Notes under the pieces: generated by a model
Databases searched by the model: none
The model's input: the letters and a program-made list of their open reading frames with translations, nothing else
What the model was told of the DNA's origin: nothing
Assembly: GCA_001179505.1 (NCBI GenBank)
Contig: CDMY01000635.1
Span: forward strand, 186,001-250,000
Source of the DNA: Vitrella brassicaformis CCMP3155
Lineage: Eukaryota; Protista; Chromerida
Reading direction: 5' to 3'
Length of the DNA stretch: 64,000 nucleotides
Shown: one piece after another, positions 1 to 12,846 of the stretch
How positions within the stretch are numbered: the first letter of the stretch is position 1
How the letters are laid out: every line of letters begins with the position of its first letter
Translations under genes and position numbers: made by a program

Positions 1-10
1 ACACCCCCGC

Positions 11-560
11 CTGACTTACACCACACCAGCCCCAATGCCATCTATCCCTACAGATGAGGTGAGGTCTGCCAGGTTCATTCCCTACTGAGCAGGAGCCGTC
101 CCGCGTCCATCCATCCATCCATCCATGACACACGCGAATTACCTCCTCTCGCCATGTCCAAGTTTCTCGTGCCGCTCTCAGGACACGCAGCACCACCACA
201 CAACACAACACGACACAAAAAAATCACTTCGGCAGCCTGAGGCTTGTCTCTCCACCACCGGACGCCTGCCTCTCTCTCTCTCTCTCTCTCGCTGTGTGTG
301 ATTCAGAATCCTTGATCAAGACACATTGCAGGAGGCGGAAAAAGGTCCGGTGTGTGGAGAGAGGTGCACTGAGCGCCGCCTCTCTGACACCGCACCACAC
401 CACACCACATGATGCATAGCACACAGGTGCACACATGGACCCACAGACAGACAGACAGACAGACAGACAGGTGCGGTGCACGTACGATAAAACCCCAAAC
501 ACACACACATCCATACATACGGCTCACGCGCACGCAGTCATCCGTCCGTTGATGAAAACA
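11..560 (-). CDS. Partial spliced gene of unknown function, running off the window start
   Basis: Minus-strand GTAAGT donor (forward ctgacttac at 11-19), a GTAATT donor near 140 and short GC-rich exon-like blocks between microsatellite introns. Frame not reliably reconstructed. Confidence 0.3.
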
Positions 561-695
561 ACAACAGCAACACAATACATAGCTAGCTAGCTAGGGTAGA
601 CAGACGTTGTCAGTCAGCGCAGCCCTTCGGGCAGCCGGTCGGTCATCGATCGGATCGGTGGGTGTTGAGTGTCCGTGTGTCTCTCCGTTGAGTGT

Positions 696-2722
696 CTATC
701 CCAGGACGAGTTTCTTGAGTTTGACGAGGATGTTGTCGTCCTCTGGGAACGACACACCCAACTCACTGAAAGTAGGACACACACACACACACACAGAGAG
801 ACAGAGAGAGAGGGTGCCGCTGCGAGTCGGGTTGGCATTTCTGTTCCCTACGTGAGTTTCTTGAATGCCCGTGCAAAGTCTTTGAAGAATCTGTCCTCAT
901 CCTTGGCGTACACCTCCACCCACCTCTTGAACTCCTTGTCCTATAGAAACACACACACACACACCACCCAGTGGTTTGAACAGTGTCTGAGGGAGCCTGG
1001 CTGGCTGGCTGGCTGCCTGTTTGTGTGTGTACGTCAGTTGCTACCTGTATGAGAGCGATGTCACTTGGGAGCATCATGAGCTCGCCCGTCGGATCCTCAT
1101 ACTACAGCCGACACAACACAACACGACACAACACAGCGGATTCATCCTCACTCTTGTAGGTGGGTCCGCGTCGGTCAGTGTCCGGGTGAGCACGAAAAGG
1201 CGTACGTACCTGAAGTGGTCCGGTCCATTTCTTGCCCTCGTGCGTCTTCTTGGGCGACCACTTCTCCTCCATCAACAGCCTAAACCACACAAACATACGC
1301 ACCCTCTGTGCAATCAGGACTGCCCAGGACGGTGTCCAAGAATTCACTACTCTTCCGTACCGGAAGTATTCGTTAGAGAATGTGGTGGGTGCTCGTGTCC
1401 AGGGCCCCCAATAGCCGCTGCGGTCCGTGTGGCAGCGGCCCAACGCATGAGCACCAGACAGAGCTACCATCTCCTGATCGTTGAACCCCATACGACCAAA
1501 TATGTCCCTGCACACAACACAACACATGCACGCACCCATACACACGTCATGTCATGTCATGTCATGCCATGCCCCCTCTCTGCCTGAGTGGAGTGTGTGT
1601 GGTCGGTACGGTAATGTACCTACCTGATGTGTTGGCAGGTGGAGTTGGGCTGTCCCTTGTCAGCGTCCGGCAGGCGGCCGTTGGGCGGCACTGTGGATGC
1701 GTCGGGTGCGTCGGTGCGGCCGGGTCTGAACTCGATGGAAGGGCCGCCCATCTCCTCTATCGCCGTCACGCCAGCGAAGATCCACAGGTCAGCCAACGAC
1801 ACGTTGGGGTACTTGTCCTTTATCGGAGCCAACATCTGACAGACACAGATGCCATGCCATGCCATCCACAACACCCGCGTCGGTATCCTATCCTATCTCT
1901 CTGTGTCTGTCTGTTCACTCTGTGTTTGTCACGTACGTTTCTGGCGATGTGGAGGCCTGCGTTGGCCCCGTCGGTCGACTCGGGGGTGAAACGCATCGTA
2001 GCACCATCTGCCGAGCCGGACGGGCCAGCCATCCATAACGCCACACCACACGGACAGTTGGATGAAAGACGTGTACTGTTGATGGTTGCTGTGTGCTGCA
2101 GTGCAGTGCCCTCACTTGATCCTCCCGTCTTGGTGGCCGAGTCGTAGGTGCCGGACGCGTGCCTGACACACCGTATGGTATATATGAGCCACCCCATCCA
2201 CACAAACACACATGAGGACGATACTTCCATGGTGTGTGCCGGTGCTCACCATGCGAGGCGGACGAGCACCGGTCCAGGAGGCTCCTTCTCGTACCTTAAC
2301 CAACAAACAGAAAGATGGAACACAGAATCAGTGAAGATCTGGCAGTCCCACCCCCCGGGAGCGATGCTCACTGACTTGTCGTCTTCGAGCAGTTTGCAGA
2401 TGTCGGCTCTGACGGCCTTCCAGTCGACCTTGTCGCTCTTGTCCTTGGGCAGCTCACACATGGCCTCGCCGACAGACGAACCGCCAACCACCATGGCGCC
2501 TGCGGCAGACGCCCATATCCACCCTCCCATCCCCTCCGTCTGAGATCCGCTGCGACGCCCGTAGCTCTGCTGCTGATGCTGCTGCTGGCCTCCATGCTGC
2601 TGGTGGCTGCCTCTGCCCGTCACAATGGAGCGTGCAATGGTGGCCAGAGGGGCGGAGCGGCGGGCGGCCGCCAGAGGGATGCTCCGGGACAACAGCGAAG
2701 ATGGGACACCAACCTTCATCAT
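696..2722 (-). CDS. CCP1: Cytochrome c peroxidase (class I heme peroxidase) with N-terminal organellar presequence
   Basis: Exons give [10 protein letters not shown] (distal Arg/Trp/His), [51 protein letters not shown] (proximal His), [46 protein letters not shown]. Stop TAG at 696-698. Arg/Ser/Ala-rich N-terminus. Confidence 0.92.
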
Positions 2723-2814
2723 GGTCTCTGAATATCAAACGGCGCGAGCTCACAGCCTTTCGCGCTGAGATATCTGACACACCAGGCTCCCCCTCTTTTT
2801 GAGAGGAGCTGTCT

Positions 2815-2823
2815 TGCGAGCTA
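2815..2823. promoter_or_regulatory. TGCGAGCT(A) motif in the CcP/DNAAF3 divergent promoter (second copy CGCGAGCT at 2743-2750)
   Basis: Read directly; the same motif recurs in six other divergent spacers. Confidence 0.55.
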
Positions 2824-2900
2824 AGCTCGAAGGGGGGGCGTTTTCTGCCCTTCCACCTCGCTTCGGCAATCAGTTCGCAGCAGATACGAGAGGAGAAAGG

Positions 2901-5730
2901 ATGTCACTGACGGGGGAAGACGGTGCCGATGCTGTCGGGTTTGTTCAGTTCTGGGGCAACTCGCCGGCCGTCAACCTCTTGGAGCACCTGCATCTTGCGC
3001 CGAATGGCGAGACAGATGCCGTGGACAGCAGCCCCATCGGCATCTTGCTCTCCGGGGCGGCTGATGTGCGGCACGACCTGCTGACGCTGACCAAGCTGCA
3101 TGGGGTCGACCTGAGAGGGCGGCAGCTGCATGTAGGGCCAAGGGCGAGGCAAAACACCCATTCATTACGTTTGGCATGCATGCATGCATGAATCTGGGTG
3201 TGGGACGTTGTGTCGTGTCGTGGTGTTGTCTGGTGCGTGCGGGTCAGGTATATCTTCATGAGAGCTCGATTGAGGTGTTGGCCCGGCACCTCCTGCTGCT
3301 GGATCTGCTCCTCAACACAGGCATCAGCATCAGAGGTGACCACACGAGCCCGACGGACGGACGGACGGACGCACCTCACAGGAGACGGAATGAAAAACGT
3401 GTGTGTGTGTGTGACTGTTGGTCCTTGACAGAGCGTGTTGAGTATTTCCTGGATTTGTTTGGTAACTGTTTGCTTCGCGACAAGACCGCCCACTATCTCA
3501 AGGCACGCACCCCACAGCTGCTCAAGTAGCCAACCAGCCAGCGACGCGAACCGAACACACATGAGTCGTGTCGTGTTGCCCTCTGGGTGCAGGTACGTTC
3601 ATGACGACACATCTCCATCGCTGCACCGCCTGATGGACCTCTCGCATCTAAAGTTCAAACACAGAGACGACCTGCAAGGCAGACAACGACGCACCACCGC
3701 ACCTTACCTGCCAGGCTGGCTGGCCTCCATCCATCCATCTTTCTGTCTGCTGTCTCGGTCTCTCTCTGTCGCAAGCAGCTGTGTTTGAGAGCTGGGTTGC
3801 ATCGGGTTGCGAAGAGGGTCGTTTCGACGTTGAGGCGTTGCGTGAGCAGCGGCTGCGAGGTCTGTACCAGACGCGGTACGACCACCGGGTCAACCTTATG
3901 GACTGGACCTACACCATGCACATCAAACCACTGGTTGGTATTCATGAATCAATCAATCGTGGACACACCAACACACAGTGGCCTGGGCGATGTGTGGAAA
4001 TGTACTCGGCGTGTCTGTGTGTGTAGGCTCCCATCATCCACTGGCTGCAGTACAAACAATTCTGTCTGACCGGTGAGACAGAGATGCCTTATCTAGCGCA
4101 TGGGTCGACGAAGACCATGTGTCTGTCCGTGTCTGTCAAGGTGTGTCGTTCGAGACTCGCCTCGCCCCCCACACCCACCCCAACCCCACCCTGGCCGCAT
4201 ATATACCAGCTAAAGATGTTAGCATGTCGTCACGAGCCACACACGACGACATGTCATGCTTGGATCAATGTGTGTCTGCATTGTGTGTGTCAGCGTCGCC
4301 GTCAGCAGAGTGTGTTGGTGCGTGGGTATTGGGGCGATGTGGTCAACTCGCCTTTCATGTCGTTCGGCATCGACACGGACACCCAAGACAAAGACCGGCT
4401 TTGGAGGACCGTCAACAAAGAACAGAGACACGTACAACTTTTCCACCCAGGCAGGGCGCCATCCACCCCTCTCTCTATGTGGGTATGTTATGTGTGTGTT
4501 GGGAACGGGACGCCAGAACGCGCAAGAGGTGTCAAAGTTCAACCTGACAGCGTGGCTGAACGAGCTCGAGACACACCAGCCCTTCCACCTACCACCGGAG
4601 AGACACGAGGAATCCGAGTGAGTGAGTGAGCGAGACATCAATGAATGAATGGGTCCATGCCATGGATGTGTCAAATGGGATGGATGTGCTGCGTGACGTG
4701 ACAGGTATCCGTATCCCTCCCCTTTGGATTCCTTGAACCCCAAAGTGGAGGAGCTCGAGCTTGATGACACTGCTCCCGTCTCACGACAGGACGGAGCCAC
4801 GTCACGGCTAGAGGTCCCATCAGGTAGGTCAGAGCAACACACAGGTACATCACATCACAGCAAGCAGTCAGTCCATGTGTGTCTGTCCACTTGTTCAGGA
4901 CTGAGTCATGTCAAGATCGTGTTTCTCACGGGCGACTTGCCCCAACTCCTCAGCAAAACCAGGTGAATCTGCCCAAGGACACACGGTCCATCCATCCACC
5001 CAGTGCAGTGCTCCCCGTTTGCTCCTCCTGTCTTTCGTGTGCAGATACGGCAGCAAGTTCGATTTGATGTATTTCGGGAACCTGGCCGTCTCGCCGCTAT
5101 TCGGGGCCACCAACCTGCTCAACAAGCCGGCTGAGCCCACCGTGGATGACAGCTCTCCAGCTGCTGCTGATGATGTGATGACGGCAGCTGACGGTGCGCC
5201 GCGGGCTGAGTGGCTGACGGGCGCCATGAAGCCCCAATGCAGAGTTGTCGTCGAATCGTTCAAGTGAGTGCGACACGGGTCGCCTTCCACAGTCAAGCCA
5301 ATGACTGTCTCTCTATCTGTCGGCTTGATGGGCGTGTCAGGTACATGGTGCACTACAAGCCATCAGTGCGCCTCAGATACCGCAGCAGACTTCTCGAGGC
5401 AGCCAGACGCATGAACTGGACACTGGCGAATGACGCTGCCGGTGGGACAACACAATGAACACCATGCCCTTAAACACACACACACACACACACACACACA
5501 CGACACACACACACGCCTCTGTCTGTCTCTGTCTGCCTGCAGCGCCTCCTGCCGAGTTTGATGCATGTGTTGACGGTCAAGGCATGAAGGAGCCACAGGC
5601 CAACGAGGTGGAGGCCAAGGCTGACACGTTCATGGTGTTTGAGGCCGCCATGAGGGGGGATGGTGTCGCAGATGTGTGTGCGGACGGGAGGGAGGAGGGG
5701 GCGGTGCGGACTATGGCTGCATCGCAGTGA
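2901..5730 (+). CDS. DNAAF3: Dynein axonemal assembly factor 3 (PF22-like)
   Basis: Exons: GFVQFWGNSPAVNL, ILLSGAADVRH, VYLHESSIEVLARHLLLL, ERVEYFLDLFGNCLL, LKFKHRDDL, LRGLYQTRYDHRVNLMDWTY, IIHWLQYKQFCLTG, RGYWGDVVNSPFMSFGI. These match the DNAAF3 family as I recall it. Confidence 0.88.
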
Positions 5731-5986
5731 GTGATGGTGAAGATGTGACAATCCACGTGTTCCTTAATCGAACCAACATGGAACCAGTGCTTTGGTTGCG
5801 TTCCAGCCTACAGCCTACAGCTTGTGTTCGTATGTATCTACGCATGTGTACACACATGTTGTTCGCTTTTGCAATTGTTCTCTTCGCTGTTGCAAGTTGT
5901 TGGTTTGGTGTTTGCTCCGGCTCTTCTTGTGATTGATTGAGTGGCTCTTGCACACAGGAGACACAGACAGAGTGAAGCATCAATCA

Positions 5987-7282
5987 ATGTCATCGATCAT
6001 GTCAGCCGTCAAGGAGACTGTCCCCGAGCTCAAGGGCAGTGTGGTGCCGATGTCGAGTGTGATGCGTCGCAGCAGCAGCTCGAGCGAAGTCTCCAAACCC
6101 CTCAAGGTAAGCAAAGCAAGCCATCGAAATTTGGATGTCTGTCCCTGTGTCTCGTTGTGCTCAGCGTGTGTCGTTCGTGTCCTCGACGGCGGCAAGCACC
6201 GTCGAGGTCGAGGCCGAGCAGCACACACACGCCGAGAACGAGACACACACCGAGAATGAGAGACACGACCTCATGCAACTCGTCGAAGGTCTGCACGAGT
6301 TGGTGTGCACTTGTCAATCTCTGCGTGGGTGTGTTGGTGTGTGATTCAGTTTTGATGTCTCGCGAGAAGGACCCGCACCTGGTGTCTGGCCCCATGTCTG
6401 AGTTCTGCCTTGTAACTAAGGATACACACGGAAACCAATTGAGGAAAGCAGATAGCGACATGGCTGGCTGTGTGTCGATCTGTCTGTTGCCAGCGCACTG
6501 TGACTCGCGAGCGTCGTTCCGTGTTCGTCGGCCATCTGCTCAAGGCATGCATGATCGATCGCACGCACCATTGACAGACACGACCAACCACCACTTCTGA
6601 GTGTCATGGCTGCGTGTATGTGTGTGCAGGCGTGTCGTGGTCTGTCGCTGAGCCCGACAGTGTTTCAGCTTTCCGTTAATTTGATGGACCGCTTCTGTGC
6701 CAAGACCAACATTGCCCTCACGCCGAGCGAGATAGGCCTCATGACGCCAAACGTAACAGACACACACACACACACAGACACACACATGACGGGGACCGCC
6801 CATCTCTCTGTGTGTCTCTTGTGTGTGTGTGTGTGTGTCAGTTCCTGCTCCTGGCCTGCAAAAGCCATGACGACATCAAGGGGTGACAGATAGATAGACG
6901 TGCACGCAACACAAGGCATCACACACACACACAGACGGCCAAGCCACTTCACTGCTCTGTGTGTGTGTTGTCGTTAATTATGCAGTGAGATTGTGTCCAT
7001 GACGAGTGCGTTCCTGTCCGTCTACACTCAGTGCGATGCGGCCGAGGCGAGTCGGCAGGTCAAGCGGCTGAGCCAGCAGGAAGGAATGATCCTGTCGTGC
7101 CTCAACTACCGCGTCCACACGGCCGTCCTGCCAAGTCAACTCTACGACGTCTTTGCTGAGGTCGGTGAGGCCAATGATGGCAGGCACACCACAAGGCACA
7201 ATGCATGTGTGTGTGTTTGTGTCTGAAAGGTCGGTGGCATCACAGCCGACCACCCCCAAGGCTGCCCCAAAACAGGCACACA

Positions 7283-7313
<31 letters not shown>

Positions 7314-7862
7314 TGTGTTTGTTTGTGCAGTTGGTGTGTATCTGTTGGAGTTGTCGTTGATCGAGGGCCTTCACCTCGACTTTTTCCTCAGCACACTCGC
7401 CGCCTCGTGCACTCTGCTCGTCCTGCTGGTCTGCCTGCCTGCCTAAGTGCCTGCCTGCACACACACGGGACGGGCACCAAGACATGGGCCACCATGTTTG
7501 TGTGCAGCTGCTGGGCCGGGAGTGGACCGACGAGCTGACGACAGTCACCAAACACACGAGAGTCAGTGGGGGCCACACAGAGACACATAGACATACACCA
7601 CACCACACCGCTCCCTCTCTCTCTCTGTGTCATCCATCGCATCAAAAGGACGAGCTGGCTATGTGTGCGCGTGAGGTCATCAAGCTGCACGAAAGAGCGC
7701 TCGACGGTGAGAGGGAGGGAGACAGAGATATCCATCCATCCATCAATGTGTGTGTCTCTCTCCGGTGTGTGTGTGGCAGAGTATGCGTACCTCGAGTACC
7801 ACATCGGCGCGTGTTGCATCACGAGCGACTGGAATCCAAATCAGGCAAGACAAAACTTATAA
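5987..7862 (+). CDS. Divergent cyclin (cyclin-box protein)
   Basis: Spliced RERRSVFVGHLLK|ACRGLSLSPTVFQLSVNLMDRFCA aligns by eye to cyclin-box helices 1-2 (R-x-x-LVDWL...T-x-x-LAVNYxDRF). Later EGMILSCLNYRV resembles the helix-5 E-x-x-IL-x-x-L-x-F pattern. Confidence 0.7.
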
Positions 7863-8553
7863 GCTTTCCTCGCACCGCACGATGAGAGGAGACCAGGCCC
7901 CTTTCGTTCGCTATGTATTGCTGCAGATTGCTCTCCGCGCCTACACCCACCGACCTGACGGCTCGCCAGGCTTCGCCTCTTTCCACTTCCCCCAGCCACT
8001 CGTCGCCTGGGCATACACACCACACCACGACAGCGACTACCCAACTGACTGACTGACTGACTGATGGACGCAGACCGACACAGACAGACAGACAGACACA
8101 CGAAGCGATGGATGGGCGTGAGTGAGTCCACTGTGTGTATCCATGTGAATGTCTGAATGGACTGGCGAAAGACACGACCACCAAGAAATTAATGACATCC
8201 GCGCACACATGTTGATTGATCAAATGGAGCGGTTTGGGGGGGCCTTGCCTTTGGTTGCAAATAAATATTGAATCAAAGGCTCTAAATATTGAATCGATCC
8301 AGCATATAGTGTCCGTCCCGCCATCCATGCATCATCCAGTCATGCCGTCCAGTCAGTCACTCACTCCCTCACTCGGCCAGCCTTTGCCCATAACACAAGA
8401 CGTGTATGTGTTCGCAGCAGCATCCATCCATCCACCTACACACACAGGGCACAGGACACACAGAAATATGTCCGTCCATACGTGCGGTGCCCCGAGCCTC
8501 GTCTGTTCGTCGGTCGGTCACCTGTGTGTGCTGTGTGAATGTGTCCAGCCAGC

Positions 8554-11500
8554 TTAGTGTGATCCTGGGTCCTCGTGCGGCGAGTCGGCATCGTAAAATT
8601 CATCCTCATCGTCTCTGACACACACAAAAGACCGACGCAAAACGCATACATTATATGTGCGTGCCAGCAGCACTCCCCTCCCTCCCTCCAGGCCTCCCTC
8701 TCCGTAAGTGGCCCTTTCTTTCTTTGTGTTGTACTCGTCTTCCTGCAGCGTGTATCGAGGGCGGCGGTCCGTGCCCCGCCGCAGCAACGAAGGGTACTTA
8801 TCCATCATCGACGAACACTGCTTGCCAGCACTAGCATCCGTCGTCACCACCGCCCCTAATCCTACCCCAGCCCTCCCCAAGGTGCCGCCCACACCCACAC
8901 GCCCCCCCTCTCCCTCAGACGGCCCGCTCTCGCGGATACCCCGCCCATCGTAGCCACGCCGCCCGGGGCTGGCGCCATAGCCGAGACGAGACGCCAAAGA
9001 CGATCCGTCATGCAATCCGCCAAGGATGGGCCGGCGGCCAAGTGTCTCAATGTCATCTGTGCGAGTGGCGCCGAGCGGCTTGAGAGTGGGGCGGCTGGAT
9101 GAGGCCGAGGGGTAGATGAGAGGGGCCTGCAGTTTGGATGGAGGCATGGAGAGGGACGCACCCGTCGTCGCGCGAAGTCTCATCGACGTGCCAAGCGGCT
9201 GGGTGGTCGCGCCCGTGCTGGTGCTGGTGCTGATGTTTGCTTCCTCTTTCGCTGTTGGTGAGCTGCTCAGCAGGGGGTCCCTCAGGAACCGCTGATAGAG
9301 GGCGCTCTTGGCTGCACGGGAGAGGGAGAGGTTGCCGAGTGGTGCGTCGAGGCCGCTGGTGTCCTCTGTGTTGAGCGTTTTCTCGAGAGACGCCAGCACC
9401 TCGTTGACCGATCGGGTGCTCGGCCGTGGATCCCTCTCTATCGGGCGCGGGCTCTCGACGAAGTCCCTCTCTGGCTCCACGACAGTCTGCTGCAGAGCCT
9501 TGGGCCGCCATTCATCCCTCGTAGTGCCGTATCCCATATCGCCCCCCTCGCCCCTCTCGCCAGCAGCAGCCCTGTTGGCACTGCCACCCAGCCGCATGGG
9601 CGGCGCAGGACGTCTGGGCGGTGGGGTGCCCTCGGGTGTGTCCTCGCAGTAGCCGTATCCCTCTTTTCCCTCTATCACCTCCACCTCCCTGTCCTTCTGG
9701 TCGTCTTCCTCCTGCCCCCTCGCACTCGCCCATATCTCGTTGATGTAGGACCGTGGCGACGACAGGCCCGTCTTGAACGACACGCTGTGTGAGGTCAGGG
9801 CAGCAGGCGACGAGACATCCCGCGGCACCCTCGTCAGCTGGGCGATCTTGCTCGGCAGCTGAGGCACCCTCGTGCACGGCGCACGGTGACGCTCTTCTGA
9901 CTCTTGCCCCGGCTGGTCCACCTCTTCGACACGAACACCCTGCTCCTGCTTCTGGATGGGCGGCGGCAGAACGTCAAGACGCACATCGGGACGGAACGAG
10001 CCAGAGAGCTGCTCGAAGGCGTCATCGGTGGCCAGGGGGGAGGACTGGGCTCGGGAGAGACGATGGAAAAGGGATGGCATCAGGGAGGCCGGGTGCTTGT
10101 CGGCACTCGCGCGGGGCGGCTCGGAGGGCAGAGGGTGGTGCAGCGCGTCTATGTGGTCGTCTGAAGCAAAAGTCACCCACCCTTCCTTTGCCGATGGACG
10201 GGAGACAACGTCCTCGGCGTCCTCATCGCAGGCCCCATCCTGGATCGGTTGGCCCACCCCGCCCTCCTGGCTGGTCTCGCCTTCTCCCTCTAGCTCTCTA
10301 ACCTGTTCAGCAAACTGCTCCTCCCCCGTCCCCTCGTCCTCCTCCTCAACTGCTCCTTGAGGCTCGACAGCGAGACCTTCAGGCGGCTCGGCATCGGCAC
10401 CCTCGCCCTCGGCGTCCTCAGCCGCATCCTCTTCTATCGGAGGCAGGTCGGGCCCTGCCTCGGCCTCTTGCATGGCACCCCCATCGCCCTCACCCTGCTG
10501 CTCTGTGCTGTCCTCCTCTTGTCCCTCTTCTTGTTCCTCTTCGTCTTCCTCCTCGTCTCCCTCAGGGATGCATTCGGACATGCGGGGCGCACGAGGAGGT
10601 GGGGCAGGGTCCTCGCGCTTGGCGGCCGAGAGGGAGTGGGCTTGGGGCATCTCAGGGAAGATCTGGCAGGAACTGACGGGGCTCTTGAACTCCTCATCGC
10701 TGTCTGGGTGCGAGGGTGGCTGGGGTGCCGGCAGCTTGGCCACGAGACCGCTGAAGTCCTGATCGAGCTTGTCGATTGCGCTGCTGCTGGCAGGGGGTGG
10801 GGCTGGGGGTGGCTGTGCTGCCTGGTCCAGGGAGACATGCTGACTGGGACCATCGCGCTCGAGCTCAATCTCCTCATGGAACTCCTGGACACACAAACGA
10901 CAAAGGCGGACCGGACCTTGTGCATCGACGAAGCCATTGCATGTCTTTCTTTCTTTGTTGCGCTTGATTGCGCCGCGACCGACCAGTAAGTCAGTGGATG
11001 TGGGCGGCACCCTGAGAAAGTCTCGATCCAGCCCATCCGACCCAGCACTGGCACGCGAGTCCCGAGGGAGCGTCATGCCCCCGTCACCCCCCGCACCGTC
11101 CCCATTGCCACCATTGCCCTCATTGCCCTCCGCAAAGGCCGGGAAGAATGAACCTCGCCTGGGGCCGAGGGAAATGTCCGTCCAATCGCTACGACGCTCC
11201 TGCAGGGCTGACACACGCTCCTTCTCGAGAGGCGGAGGGGGCGGCTGCACGGCTGGGGGGGCCTGTTCTGTTGGCTTCTCGTCGGCCTTTGTCTTGTCTG
11301 TTGGCGTCTGGGTCTCGCCCTCGTGTGCGGATGGCGTGGGTGCTGTCTGTGCTGCCGTCTCTTCTGCCCTCTGTGCTAGCTCGTGCTGTCTGGCCAGCTG
11401 CTCGAAGACGCCCCTGTCAGCGGCGGGTGGCTGGTGAGGTGACGCAGGGGGCGGTCGGGGTGGCCGGCCAGATGGCCCACTGCCCCCACACCCATATGTC

Positions 11501-12749
11501 CGCCGCCTAGCCCTCTCGCGGCTCTTCTCCCGCACCTTCTCTACTACGTCCACACCAAACGTGTGAACCTGGCAAACACACAACACACAGAAGACAGATG
11601 TATGTATGTATGTATGTGTGCATCGTCGCTTCCATGTGTGTCCATAAGTCGTTCCTCACCTGGTCCCATATGCCTCTGACCATCTTAGCACCGCTGCGGA
11701 CACCTTTCTGTGCGGCCTCACGCAGCGGCAGTGACACACCTCTCCGGTACAGACCCCCAGCTGATGAAGGCACCGACACCAGTGGCGCCATCTGGCCGCC
11801 CTCCATCACAAACGGCACTGTCAGATGCCTCGTGGTCACACTGGGTATCATCGATGAGAGAATGCCGGATGTGGGTGTACGGTTAAGACTGGAAGGGGTG
11901 GGGGTGGCGAAGGAACTGAGAGGCGATGGGGGCACATGGTGGTCGGACGATGGACGCTCTTCTGCAGGGGGAAGGGGAGGCGGGACGCTGGCATTCGAGC
12001 GGTGCCGGGCGGCCTCGAACACCTGCACAGCCGATACAGACAGACCTATTTGCATCAATCAAGAGCCTCTCGCTTTTGTTGTCTGCCGACCTTGATCCAC
12101 GCCTGCATGTCTGGCGCTGTTTCGCTGTAGAGCTCCAGCACACGGGAAGCCGTACAGACCTGGCAACGAGAGAGTCCACCCATATGGCAGGAAAAGACCG
12201 TCGCATGTTTCTGTTTGGATCCATCCATCGGTACCTGGAATCCATAGTTGCATGCCGTGCCCATCCGCTTGTCCTCTGGGATGGGGGCGGCATCCTCCAA
12301 CACCCGAACAGACTCTATCTGCAGATACACAGCCACCATCAACCACATCCATCCATCCACGCATCCACGAGCGGACGGGAGAAGTGGCATGTTTGCAAGA
12401 TCCGTACCTCATTGAAGTTGATGGGCACGGACACACGCTTCGAGGTGCTCTCAGACGCATAGTAGCTGCATCCATCCATCCATGAGATATGCACACGATG
12501 ACACGGATGCGGCATGAAAAGTGACGATGCGGCGACTTACATGCATAATTTCCGGAAGTCGATGGAGAAGTATCGCCTGTTGAACTGCAAGAGACCCCCC
12601 AGGGTGGTCCGGCGGTGCGCATCGCCGCCCTTGCGCTTGAACAAATACCCCACCACAACACACGATGCGCTAAGCTGAGGAGGCGTGACTGACGGCCCAC
12701 TCTCCTCCACGGCCTCCTCACCCACCGCATCACCCCGGGCGGCTTCCAT
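8554..12749 (-). CDS. N-terminal PH-domain protein with long acidic/Pro-rich disordered C-terminus
   Basis: VVGYLFKRKGG...FNRRYFSID, NYGFQV, RVLELYSETAPDMQAWIK form a PH pattern. A ~2.8-kb exon encodes low-complexity E/P/G/S-rich sequence (1010-aa ORF 8554-11586). Confidence 0.8.
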
Positions 12750-12776
12750 TGCGATTGGCAACGAAGTTTACAGAGG

Positions 12777-12785
12777 TGCGAGCTT
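12777..12785. promoter_or_regulatory. TGCGAGCTT motif in the PH-protein/SAC3 divergent promoter
   Basis: Read directly (gaggtgcgagcttaatg). Confidence 0.55.
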
Positions 12786-12846
12786 AATGGGAGCAGCCTG
12801 CTGCGATTCGAACGAGATTGTTCTGCCGACTCATTCATCTCTAGTG

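Noticed and set aside
8575-11510. Many long plus-strand ORFs antisense to the large exon of the PH-domain gene (also around the USP, F-box and tricorn genes)
   Set aside because: Expected shadow ORFs of GC-rich low-complexity coding sequence; no recognisable motifs or splice logic.
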